Origin: an uncultured Candidatus Poseidoniales archaeon
GTDB lineage: Archaea > Thermoplasmatota > Poseidoniia > Poseidoniales > Thalassarchaeaceae
Direction: 5' to 3'
DNA length: 64,000 nucleotides
Assembly (NCBI GenBank): GCA_964645485.1
Contig: CAZXZO010000002.1
Coordinates: forward strand, 74,212 to 138,211
The position numbers and the translations under genes are program-made. Of the stretch, positions 42,837 to 51,786 are shown piece after piece; position 1 is the first letter of the stretch, and the number at the start of each line of letters is the position of its first letter. The notes beneath the pieces are model-generated. The model was not told where the DNA came from. It was given only the letters and a program-made list of their open reading frames with translations, and searched no databases.

Positions 42837-42911
42837 GCGGACGTGGTCTAGTGGTTATGACTGTAGATTCCCAATCTGCAAACCCGGATTCAACTTCCGG
42901 CGTCCGCACCA
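42837..42911 (+). tRNA. tRNA-Gly (anticodon CCC), CCA encoded
   Basis: Acceptor GCGGACG/CGTCCGC, anticodon arm GTAGA-TTCCCAA-TCTGC, T arm CCGGA-TTCAACT-TCCGG, then ACCA. Confidence 0.93.
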
Positions 42912-42948
42912 CGGTCCAATTTTAATCGAATTAAAGTTGAAAATTTTA

Positions 42949-43989
42949 TCAGATAATTTTGAGATCTGATTGTTTCTTATTTGCTAGTTGTTCTAGCAGA
43001 TTGTCAACCACGATTTGGAATGCATTAGAGGAGTCTCCATCAGGGTCAGCCACAATTCGGTGTACCCCATCATCTCCTCCTCTAACTATACCTGGGTCAA
43101 ACGGTAATTTTCCAAGGAATGGTACCATCAATTCCTTGGCCGCGGCTTCACCTCCACCACTCTTGAAAAGGTCTAGAACAACCGCCCAATCTCCTTCCTC
43201 ATCAGTTTGAACGTTCATACTAACTCCTTGAGGGCCTTGGACTGTAATTTTTGAGGATGGTTCAGCAGTGCCACGTAAGTTGAATCCACTCATGTTTTCA
43301 ACAACTCCTAGGCAAGGGAGTTTAAGCGTCTTAGCGAAGTTAATCGATTTCCGACTGTCAAGCAGTGCAACATCTTGAGGGGTTGTAACTACAACTACTC
43401 CATCTATTTCTGGAAGTGACTGAGCAACTGTGAGAGGCTCGTCTGAAGTTCCCGGTGGGAAGTCAATGATTAGGGCATCCAATTCGCCCCAAGCAACATC
43501 ACCGATGAATTGCTGGATTGCACCCAACTTTACCGGTCCTCTCCAGATGACCGGTGCATCTTCGTCTTCTAGAAGAAATGCCATTGAGATTACTTTGACA
43601 CCAAATGGACCTTCAACAGGATATATTTGCCCTTCTTCAACTTGTAAATCTGCGCCAGAAATCCCAAGCATTTTTGGGATATTTGGGCCAGTAATGTCGA
43701 TATCCATTATACCGACTTTTTTGCCTTGTTGAGCGAGAGCCAATGCCAACCCGGTGGCAACAGTAGATTTTCCTACTCCACCTTTGCCTGAAAGGACCAT
43801 GACTTTGTGTTTAACATTCTCAGCCAGTTGCGTCATTCTTAGTTTACGTCGCATTTGGGCATATGCCTGTTCCATCTGCGCCTTCTGTTCATCAGATGCG
43901 GCTTCTGGCTCTTGCTCAGGGGTTTTTCCATCATGATGGGAGACTGGTGAATCACTCATTGTCGGGGCGACATTGCGGTCATTCTTCAA
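42949..43989 (-). CDS. mrp: Mrp/NBP35/ApbC-family P-loop ATPase lacking the CXXC motif
   Basis: SGKGGVGKST, DIDITGP, VIWRGP, DFPPGTSD, VTTPQDVA, ENMS, LGKLPFDP; probable start ATG 43959. Confidence 0.85.
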   Translation of the reverse strand: MKNDRNVAPTMSDSPVSHHDGKTPEQEPEAASDEQKAQMEQAYAQMRRKLRMTQLAENVKHKVMVLSGKGGVGKSTVATGLALALAQQGKKVGIMDIDITGPNIPKMLGISGADLQVEEGQIYPVEGPFGVKVISMAFLLEDEDAPVIWRGPVKLGAIQQFIGDVAWGELDALIIDFPPGTSDEPLTVAQSLPEIDGVVVVTTPQDVALLDSRKSINFAKTLKLPCLGVVENMSGFNLRGTAEPSSKITVQGPQGVSMNVQTDEEGDWAVVLDLFKSGGGEAAAKELMVPFLGKLPFDPGIVRGGDDGVHRIVADPDGDSSNAFQIVVDNLLEQLANKKQSDLKII

Positions 43990-44110
43990 TCATTGTATCA
44001 ATAATTGGACGGAATAAGTTGTAACAATTAGGAGTATTTTGACGTTCACCCAAACGCAATTGCCAAAGGCAACCCACCAAAAGCACAACTGTTAGCGGGG
44101 GTGAGTCAGC

Positions 44111-46258
44111 ATGGCAGGAACAGCAGTTTACATCACTTGGGTAACTGCCTCTTTACTCGGCGGGATTCTATTGATGCCGATTTTCCGTCCTGCTGGAAAA
44201 CGAGTTACATTGGCTGGATTTGTTGATATGTTTCGCCGCTACTGGCTACATATTGCATTAGTTTTCAGCATCTATGTTTGGAAAGATTTGCTTGATGGCT
44301 TAGACCGTATTTTGATGGCTAATACCCACCTCAATATGACGCCATTTGTTTATGCTATTGAGGGCGATTTAGTTTTGTTGGTCCAACAGACATTCCTCAA
44401 TGAGATGTTGACTTTTGTCTTGACTCATTATTATGTTGCAGGTTATATGCTATTGACATATACGGCCTCACTCTATTTCACATATTTTGATGACCGCTGG
44501 ATGGCAGATAGAGTCTTGTTATCGATGTTCTTTGTCTATGCGCTAGCAGTGCCCTTCTACCTATTCTTCAATGTTAGAGTGACGGGAGACCATATTCCTG
44601 AAATGGAAACTTTGGCCTATCACCTTACCCCGGAGATCCAAACTTGGTTCACGAGGATTGACCCGTTCACAAATGGCATGCCTAGTCTTCACATTGGTAT
44701 TCCGTTCACTGTATGGTTGGGACTTCATCGTTGGGACCACGATGAAAGATGGAAGAAATATCGGCAATTTGTCGGTGTCTATATCCTAGTCACAGCATTT
44801 ACAATCATCTATCTTGGAATCCACTGGTTTGTTGACATCATTGGTGGGATAATTGTATCCTTCTTTGCGGTTAACTTAGCAGATAAGTATCATGCTTGGT
44901 TGTGGTATCGGTTTGATGAGAGAACTTTCAATGCCAGAGTTGCATGGTTGTTAGCAGATTTCAACAATCCAAAACGAGTTCTATCTAGTTGGATTTCTAG
45001 ATCATTAAATTGGTTGAAAACACCATCAACAGCACAAACTGGAACAGTCGTGATGTTGCTGCTAGCAACAACTGGAGGAGTGCTGTTGTATGATGCAACT
45101 CACCAAGATTTCCCAGCCGAGGGAGTAACTCATCCAGAAGCGGCTGCAGGTGCTGACGGCTGGTTAGTTGCACTTGATGCAAACGAAAATGGTAACTTAA
45201 GTGCGGTCATAATTGATATTGAAAACGATAGAACATATCACGATAGCCTCAATTTGAACGAGGATGGTAATCAATCACAATGGGGTGTTGTAAACGCGTC
45301 AACAGAAGTGTTGATTTCAGAAAATCATGCAATCGTTTGGCAAGGTTACAGGATAATTACTCTGAAGTTCTCAAATCCAGGCTCTCACGCCTATGGTAGG
45401 ACGACAGGTCCACTGTACACCGACCTTGCTCTTCTCGATGACTCAGAAGATGAGCGAGCCAAGTTATTCGCGATTGATGATGGTGTAGTAATTGACTTGC
45501 AAAGCACAGAATATAATGAGGTATTCACACCAATTCCTGATGATGATGTAATTCTCATTGATGGGGGTGGGAATAGTTTAGCTTGGGTTACCCAGAGTTC
45601 ACCAATGACTGCCAATATCCTCTCACTAGATGGTGTGCAGAGTAGTCTATCTGTTGAAGTCAATGTTACTGTTGATTCAGCAAAAGATGAACAAGTGCTA
45701 GCACTCACTGGTACCAACGTTGACTACGTGAACGCGAGTATAACTGGAATTGCATTTGACAAAAATCACATAGTAGCCGAGGTGAATTTGTCAGCAGTTA
45801 GCCGTTTAGTTTTGGTGAATCTTGATACGGGAGAGCAGCGAATTATCGGTGACCCTCTTTTCCCTGTAGCAAACCCTTCAATTGGCCATGGTGTGGTTGC
45901 TTGGCAACATAAGTGGGGGCTCAATTCAATAGACCCAAATAATGCTGAGTTAGACTGGGATGTGAAGTATCACATTATCTTGGAAAATCATTCCTATCAA
46001 CTTCACACTGAGGATGAGTTGAACCAGACTGAGCCACAGGTCATGGAAGGATACATTGCTTGGCTACAAGATAGTGGTGGTGAAGAACCACCAGAGGTGA
46101 TAATTTACAGCCTTGAGGAAACATTTGAGCCGTATTCATCGCGAACTTTGCAAATAGCGATAATTGCTCTAATCCCTCTGTTATCTCTATGGATGATTCA
46201 AAAACAAAGAGAAAATTTGGATTCACTAGACGAAGATTCACCCGACGAAGAAGAATGA
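44111..46258 (+). CDS. PAP2/AUR1-like membrane phosphotransferase fused to an extracellular beta-propeller domain
   Basis: N-terminal multi-TM domain with MPSLHIG and LGIHWFVDIIGG; then a ~350-aa hydrophilic domain with (I/V/L)(A/V)W repeats, a C-terminal TM and an acidic tail. Confidence 0.75.
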   Translation: MAGTAVYITWVTASLLGGILLMPIFRPAGKRVTLAGFVDMFRRYWLHIALVFSIYVWKDLLDGLDRILMANTHLNMTPFVYAIEGDLVLLVQQTFLNEMLTFVLTHYYVAGYMLLTYTASLYFTYFDDRWMADRVLLSMFFVYALAVPFYLFFNVRVTGDHIPEMETLAYHLTPEIQTWFTRIDPFTNGMPSLHIGIPFTVWLGLHRWDHDERWKKYRQFVGVYILVTAFTIIYLGIHWFVDIIGGIIVSFFAVNLADKYHAWLWYRFDERTFNARVAWLLADFNNPKRVLSSWISRSLNWLKTPSTAQTGTVVMLLLATTGGVLLYDATHQDFPAEGVTHPEAAAGADGWLVALDANENGNLSAVIIDIENDRTYHDSLNLNEDGNQSQWGVVNASTEVLISENHAIVWQGYRIITLKFSNPGSHAYGRTTGPLYTDLALLDDSEDERAKLFAIDDGVVIDLQSTEYNEVFTPIPDDDVILIDGGGNSLAWVTQSSPMTANILSLDGVQSSLSVEVNVTVDSAKDEQVLALTGTNVDYVNASITGIAFDKNHIVAEVNLSAVSRLVLVNLDTGEQRIIGDPLFPVANPSIGHGVVAWQHKWGLNSIDPNNAELDWDVKYHIILENHSYQLHTEDELNQTEPQVMEGYIAWLQDSGGEEPPEVIIYSLEETFEPYSSRTLQIAIIALIPLLSLWMIQKQRENLDSLDEDSPDEEE

Positions 46259-46275
46259 TTCCTGAACACCTGTCT

Positions 46276-47430
46276 TCAATTTGTAATTGAAAGCATACGA
46301 TTGAGCGCCAAGATAGCATCATTGGCAATCGGCTCGGTAACAACAATTTGATTGGCTATGGTTCCAGCCACTAACGATTCTAAAACATCAGCCAAAAACG
46401 CGGGATGAATCATGTACATTGTTGAGCATGGACATACTCCTGGGTCTAAGCAGACAACTGTTTTGTCTGGGTATTGGGCATCCAATCTTTTGACTAGATG
46501 GATTTCAGTGCCAACACCAATGACCGAGCCACTGGGTGCATCAGCAACGAAACGGCGAATCATTTCAGTTGAACCAGATGCATCTGAAGCATCTACAACC
46601 GCTCGCTCACATTCAGGGTGAGCGATGACCAATGCATCGGGATTCTCTTTTCGAAGATTATCAATTTGCTCAACAGTGAAACGTTGGTGAACTGAGCAAT
46701 AACCGTGCCAGAGCACGAATTTAGAGGTATTCAAGTCATTCCAGTTTGGTTGAGACATTGGATTCCACACTGCCATATCATCCTCTTGGTATCCCATTGC
46801 TAATGCCGTGTTTCGGCCCAAATGTTGATCGGGGAAAAACAGTACTTTGCCATTTTCACCGGCTCTTTCTAAAGCCCATTCTAAGACTCCAGCAGCATTT
46901 GAGGAGGTACAAACTACACCACCATGGTGGCCGACAAATGCTTTGAGGTCAGCGCTTGAATTCATGTAAGTAACAGGTACTAGGTAGGCTTCTCCTTCTC
47001 CTGCAGGGCTATCTGGGTTTTCACGGATTGCCGGGTCATCAAGTTGGCACTCAGTTAGAAGTTCATTCCAACAGGCCTCTACATCTGGTAAATCAGCCAT
47101 GTCTGCCATTGAACATCCTGCTCTGACATTTGGCATCACAACTTTTTGTCCTTCTGAAGTCAGGATGTCAGCCGACTCAGCCATGAAGTGAACTCCACAG
47201 AATACTATGTATTCAGCCTTGGAGTCTGCTGCTTTTCTTGCAAGAAGAAATGAATCTCCAGTTTCATCTGCATGTTCAACGATTGAATCACGTTGGTAAT
47301 GATGTCCTAAAATCATCACTTTGTCGCCAAGTTGCTGTTTTGCTGCCAATATTCGTTGACGAGTAATAGCCGAATCAGCATCTGATTCATCATCATTGAT
47401 TGAGCAAATGGCCAGCGGTAGGCTCTGCAT
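46276..47430 (-). CDS. nadA: Quinolinate synthase A
   Basis: LGHHYQR, FCGVHFMAESA, AGCSMADM, YMNSSA, CTSSNA, PDQHLGRN, GYCSVH, AHPEC, CPCSTM. Confidence 0.96.
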   Translation of the reverse strand: MQSLPLAICSINDDESDADSAITRQRILAAKQQLGDKVMILGHHYQRDSIVEHADETGDSFLLARKAADSKAEYIVFCGVHFMAESADILTSEGQKVVMPNVRAGCSMADMADLPDVEACWNELLTECQLDDPAIRENPDSPAGEGEAYLVPVTYMNSSADLKAFVGHHGGVVCTSSNAAGVLEWALERAGENGKVLFFPDQHLGRNTALAMGYQEDDMAVWNPMSQPNWNDLNTSKFVLWHGYCSVHQRFTVEQIDNLRKENPDALVIAHPECERAVVDASDASGSTEMIRRFVADAPSGSVIGVGTEIHLVKRLDAQYPDKTVVCLDPGVCPCSTMYMIHPAFLADVLESLVAGTIANQIVVTEPIANDAILALNRMLSITN

Positions 47431-47470
47431 TCAACCACTTCCGGGATAACTACCGGTCGCCGCCACCGCT

Positions 47471-48190
47471 TTGAATGCATCCATTATCCGGAACCATGTC
47501 GGAAAAGGGTGGAAGAGCGTAATGTTGGCTTGGGAACAGGGAAAAATCATCCATGTAGGCGCTGAGGCTGAAGTTTCTGATGGACATTACTTGGGCTTAG
47601 CAGCAGTGCGAAAATTGAGGCGTCCTAGAGGGTATCGCGACCCGGCTCTTGACCGGAGACTGACAAATCATCGAATGGCAGCCGAAGCCAAAATGCTAGG
47701 CCGTTTGTCCAATTCAGGATTGCCAGTGCCTCATCTTTTAGCATGCGAGATGAGTAATGGTACAATGATACAATCATTAGTCCAAGGCTCCCCACTTGTT
47801 GGTGTTCTGAGAGATGGTAAATGTGATGTTCAAAACATACTGCATGAGGTTGGAAAAGTCATTCGGAAACTCCATTCAGTTGGGGCTGTACATGGGGATT
47901 TAACTACCAATAACATACTTTGGGACAGTGAAATAGGGGTTTCTCTAATCGATTTTGGACTTTCCCAATCAACTACTGAAGTTGAGAGAATGGGTCTTGA
48001 TTTACAAGTGCTTAGCGAGTGTTTAGGTGCTAGTCACCCAGAGCACGAAAATGCGCTGGAATGGGTTTTTGAGGGTTATAATAGTGCAGAAAATCTCCCC
48101 TATACCGGTTCAGATTCGCCTCCCGTCAAAAGTGAAGAAGTCATCAACCGATACAACGCCATACGTTCTAGGGTTCGTTATCACTCTTAG
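47471..48190 (+). CDS. bud32: KEOPS complex Bud32/PRPK kinase
   Basis: GAEAEV, YRDPALD, EAKML, VHGDLTTNN, LIDFGLS, DLQVL, RSRVRY; probable start ATG 47522. Confidence 0.88.
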   Translation: MNASIIRNHVGKGWKSVMLAWEQGKIIHVGAEAEVSDGHYLGLAAVRKLRRPRGYRDPALDRRLTNHRMAAEAKMLGRLSNSGLPVPHLLACEMSNGTMIQSLVQGSPLVGVLRDGKCDVQNILHEVGKVIRKLHSVGAVHGDLTTNNILWDSEIGVSLIDFGLSQSTTEVERMGLDLQVLSECLGASHPEHENALEWVFEGYNSAENLPYTGSDSPPVKSEEVINRYNAIRSRVRYHS

Positions 48191-48195
48191 TGCAT

Positions 48196-48570
48196 TCAAC
48201 TGAATAGCATTGGAATGTATCTCCAACCAATGAAGGCTGAGAGCGGACAGAGTGCGAAGTTAGCCATCATGTAACCTGCTGCTGGCAGATGTTTTCCTGA
48301 GTCAATGAGTTGAATCACATCAATGCTGAAGGTTGACATTGTAGTGAAGGCACCCAAAGCGCCAGTTCCAACAAGCAGAAGAATTTCAGGTGAAATTTGT
48401 TCATTCGTAATTGAAAGAGCTATTAACACACCTAGAAGAAATGAACCAAGCACATTCACTGCCAAGGTACTCCACGGGAATTCACTTGGAACCCACTCCG
48501 ACATGGCGTAACGGGCAACCGCTCCAAACGCGCCTCCTAGCGCAACTAAGAACAGTGATTTCGGCTCCAT
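48196..48570 (-). CDS. crcB: Fluoride channel CrcB/Fluc
   Basis: Probable start ATG 48570 (the track ORF extends to 48789); GGAFGAVARY, TLAVNVLGSFLLG, GALGAFTTMSTFS. Confidence 0.92.
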   Translation of the reverse strand: MEPKSLFLVALGGAFGAVARYAMSEWVPSEFPWSTLAVNVLGSFLLGVLIALSITNEQISPEILLLVGTGALGAFTTMSTFSIDVIQLIDSGKHLPAAGYMMANFALCPLSAFIGWRYIPMLFS

Positions 48571-48642
48571 ATTAGGGGGCCACCATCTGTCACTCTTTGA
48601 TATTGACGAATCAATAACTCCCGGAACTATCAACCGCATGGA

Positions 48643-49254
48643 GTGTTTGGGACAGTCGTGAAGCGACTCCTGTTCCTGACTGGTAACGCGGGTAAGTTGG
48701 CTGAGGCTAGCCATTTTTTTGAACCGCTTGGATACCATGTGGAACAGTTCCTCATAGATGGTGAGGTTCCTGTTGTCGTAGAGCCGCAATCAGACAATTT
48801 GAAGGATGTTGCAATCGCAAAAATTGAACAAGCAAAAGCATTGTTAAATCAAAGTGGCCAAAATGCCGCAATCTTTGTCGAAGATGCGGGTCTTTTTATT
48901 GATGAATTAGGTGGATTTCCTGGTGTAAATTCAGCCTCAGTCTTAACCCAAATTGGCCTTTCAGGAATTCTCAAATTGATGTCAGATGTAGCCAATCGCG
49001 GGGCAGAATTTCGCGCGAAAGCAGTACTATTTACTGGTGAAGAATTAGTGTTCGGTGAAGGGATTTGCCGTGGCACAATAACTACTGAAACACTTGGTGA
49101 GTTTGGTTTTGGTTATGACCCAATTTTTACGCCAGATGGAGAGGCTTCAGGTAGTACTTTTGGGCAGATGGATAAGTCTGCAAAAGAGGCATTTTCACAT
49201 CGGGCAAAAGCCCTTGAAAGCATAAAAAAGCAGTTGGATTTGCTTGGGCGATGA
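48643..49254 (+). CDS. rdgB: Non-canonical purine NTP pyrophosphatase (RdgB/HAM1)
   Basis: TGNAGK, EDAGL...L.GFPG, GFGYDPIF, SHRAKAL. Confidence 0.93.
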   Translation: MFGTVVKRLLFLTGNAGKLAEASHFFEPLGYHVEQFLIDGEVPVVVEPQSDNLKDVAIAKIEQAKALLNQSGQNAAIFVEDAGLFIDELGGFPGVNSASVLTQIGLSGILKLMSDVANRGAEFRAKAVLFTGEELVFGEGICRGTITTETLGEFGFGYDPIFTPDGEASGSTFGQMDKSAKEAFSHRAKALESIKKQLDLLGR

Positions 49255-49263
49255 GCCGTCATA

Positions 49264-50160
49264 GTGAAAGAGGGGTCGCATCTGCTCGCGTGTAGAGGGG
49301 AAGGCATGTCGTTTGGCCGTGTACTATTGTATCTTGCATTATTGTTCGGTATTGTCTTCCAATTATTCCTTTCAGGGGAGTGGGAAAGTGAGTTGTACGG
49401 GTACATCTTCACTGGTTCACTATTGTTGCTCGCTGCTGGTCTGCTAATGACGGGTGGAAAGCCGAAAAAGAAAAAACCGCGTAACCGTCAAGTGAGTTCT
49501 AAACCAGATGAAAAGCAAGATGAATTTGAGTTACCAGAAGCAGTCGTTGAAGATGAGGATGGTGGAAGCCGTCGCGACAGAAAAGTCGCAGCCTCATCCG
49601 AATCAACTTCATCGTCATCTGATGAAATAGAGGATGATGTAATCCAACTAGAAGATGATGCAATCGAAGAAGAAGTGCATGTCGCTGAGGAATATGTTGT
49701 AGACATCAGTGCGGAACAAGTTGAAGAGGCTGATATCGAAGAATTTGTTGAGGAACGTCGCGGTCAACGGGCCGAAATCAAGGCTCGAATTGAGATGCGC
49801 AGGAGAGGACAGTTGGCTGAGATTCGGGCATCCGCCGCGCGCATGTGGTCGAAGCAAGATGAAGGTGAAGATCTGTTAGCAACTCTTGCTAAGCCAGGTC
49901 ACGGTCTAACAGTCCTTGACGAGCCAGAACAAGTTGACCCTGGTCATCCATATGGGGCAACATACGTGAGAGTAGATAATGCTCGAGTTCTCAAATTGCG
50001 AATTCCGCTAGACACTGGTTTTGTCGCAGCCACCGAATTAGAAGAAGAGGTTGAGGTAGAAATCAGTGAATTACCTCCTCCCCCAGAAGGACTTCCACTC
50101 CCACCCCCTCCAACAGTCAGTCAATCCAAGTTAGATGCTATGAGAGAAGAAATCGGGTGA
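49264..50160 (+). CDS. Hypothetical membrane-anchored acidic protein
   Basis: Two N-terminal TM helices, Glu/Asp-rich middle, Pro-rich C-terminus; no family recognised. Confidence 0.6.
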   Translation: MKEGSHLLACRGEGMSFGRVLLYLALLFGIVFQLFLSGEWESELYGYIFTGSLLLLAAGLLMTGGKPKKKKPRNRQVSSKPDEKQDEFELPEAVVEDEDGGSRRDRKVAASSESTSSSSDEIEDDVIQLEDDAIEEEVHVAEEYVVDISAEQVEEADIEEFVEERRGQRAEIKARIEMRRRGQLAEIRASAARMWSKQDEGEDLLATLAKPGHGLTVLDEPEQVDPGHPYGATYVRVDNARVLKLRIPLDTGFVAATELEEEVEVEISELPPPPEGLPLPPPPTVSQSKLDAMREEIG

Positions 50161-50164
50161 TAAT

Positions 50165-50998
50165 ATGTCTGAATCTCTCATAATTGAAAGAGTTGCAATT
50201 GAAGGTTCCTTTCCTGTCGGTGGGGTGGTTGAAATTTGGACAATCAATCGGCCGGGCAAGTTGAATGCTCTGAACAGTGAAGTTGTAGCCGATTTGAAAG
50301 CCGCTTGTAATAATGCTGAAAATGATGATGAAGTCAGAGTTGTAGTGATTCGTGGTGCCAGCCCTGAACCAGTTGGCGAAGGTGAAAGGCAAAAGCCACC
50401 AGCATTTGTAGCAGGGGCTGACATAACCGAATTTGTCGGCAAGAATTCAAAAGAAATCCGACCAAGTTTTGAGAATAATGCTTGGGAAGCGATTTGGAAT
50501 TTATCCAAACCCACCATCGCTTCTATTGATGGATTTGCATTAGGGGGTGGCAGCGAAATCGCATTATCATGTGATTTACGAGTCGCCTCAACACGTTCAA
50601 ATTTCGGCACTCCAGAGATCAACCTTGGATTAATCCCAGGAGGCGGGGCAACCCAACGATTAGCGAGATTACTCGGCTATGGAAAAGCGATTGAAATGGT
50701 AATGACAGGTGAGATGGTTTCGGCTACAGAAGCCTACCGAATCGGTCTTGTCAATCGACTTTGTGAGCCCGAGGAATTACAAAACACAACAATGCAACTC
50801 GCCACTACATTAGCAACAAAATCACCTCTCACTCTCAAATCGGCGAAGATGGCTGTAAGAGGTGCACTAGAACGGGGCATGGCAGACGGCCTAGAGTATG
50901 AAAGAGACATATTCTGTGCATTGTTTGACACGGAAGATATGGAGATTGGTGTAAACGCATTTGTTAACCGAGAGAACCCTGAATGGAAAGGTCTCTGA
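50165..50998 (+). CDS. Enoyl-CoA hydratase (crotonase)
   Basis: FVAGADI, ALGGGSE, PEINLGLIPGGGATQRL. Confidence 0.93.
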   Translation: MSESLIIERVAIEGSFPVGGVVEIWTINRPGKLNALNSEVVADLKAACNNAENDDEVRVVVIRGASPEPVGEGERQKPPAFVAGADITEFVGKNSKEIRPSFENNAWEAIWNLSKPTIASIDGFALGGGSEIALSCDLRVASTRSNFGTPEINLGLIPGGGATQRLARLLGYGKAIEMVMTGEMVSATEAYRIGLVNRLCEPEELQNTTMQLATTLATKSPLTLKSAKMAVRGALERGMADGLEYERDIFCALFDTEDMEIGVNAFVNRENPEWKGL

Positions 50999-51015
50999 AT
51001 TGAGGAGGGTAAATC

Positions 51016-51786
51016 TTGTCGGATAGCGATATACCATTAGTTGAGGCAAAAGACCTTGGAAAGGCATTTGGCGATTTTGTCGCTCTCCATCCATTGAATG
51101 TCAAGGTGGCAGCGGGAGAATTTTTCGGAGTTTTCGGCCCCAATGGAGCAGGTAAATCCACTTTCATCAAGTTGCTCACAGGTCAACTTAGACCAACTAT
51201 GGGTGGTGCTAGAGTTTTGGGAATTAATGTTAGAGCAGACCCAAGAATGGTGAAGGCTAATGTTGGAATTGTTCCTGAATCAGAAAGCCCACCATCATTT
51301 CTCACAGCCGCCGAATATCTTGAATTCGTGGCTCGCCTGCGAAACTTAGATGAGATTCCAGAAAAAGTTACCCATTGGCTAGATTGGTTTGGTATTCTAG
51401 ACAAGCGAAACACCTTGTGCAAAGATTTGTCAAAAGGACAACGCCAAAAAGTAATGCTCGCTGGTGCATTTATCCATAACCCCAAGTTACTTTTCCTAGA
51501 CGAACCATTCGTCAACCTCGACCCAATTTATCAGCGAAAGTGCCGTAATCTTTTGATGGAAATAGTTGCTGACGGGGGCACAATTTTTCTCTGCACTCAT
51601 ATTCTTGAAGTCGCTGAAAGAGTGTGTACAAGAGTGGCTGTTATCGACCGAGGACATGTGCTTGCAGCGGGAAGCATTGATGAATTGAAAGACAATGATG
51701 ATGAGACTCTTGAGGATGTTTTCATCAGACTTGTGGGGTCATCATTTGATGAAATCGAGGCGATGGAAGGGAGTGAGGAGGAGTGA
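51016..51786 (+). CDS. ABC transporter ATP-binding protein
   Basis: GPNGAGKST, LSKGQRQK, FLDEP, CTH. Confidence 0.95.
   Translation: MSDSDIPLVEAKDLGKAFGDFVALHPLNVKVAAGEFFGVFGPNGAGKSTFIKLLTGQLRPTMGGARVLGINVRADPRMVKANVGIVPESESPPSFLTAAEYLEFVARLRNLDEIPEKVTHWLDWFGILDKRNTLCKDLSKGQRQKVMLAGAFIHNPKLLFLDEPFVNLDPIYQRKCRNLLMEIVADGGTIFLCTHILEVAERVCTRVAVIDRGHVLAAGSIDELKDNDDETLEDVFIRLVGSSFDEIEAMEGSEEE

Noticed and set aside
48571-48660. Fluoride riboswitch upstream of crcB
   Set aside because: No GGCGAUGG...UUCGCC / CUGAUG pseudoknot pattern on the minus strand; the short spacer is accounted for by divergent promoter elements.
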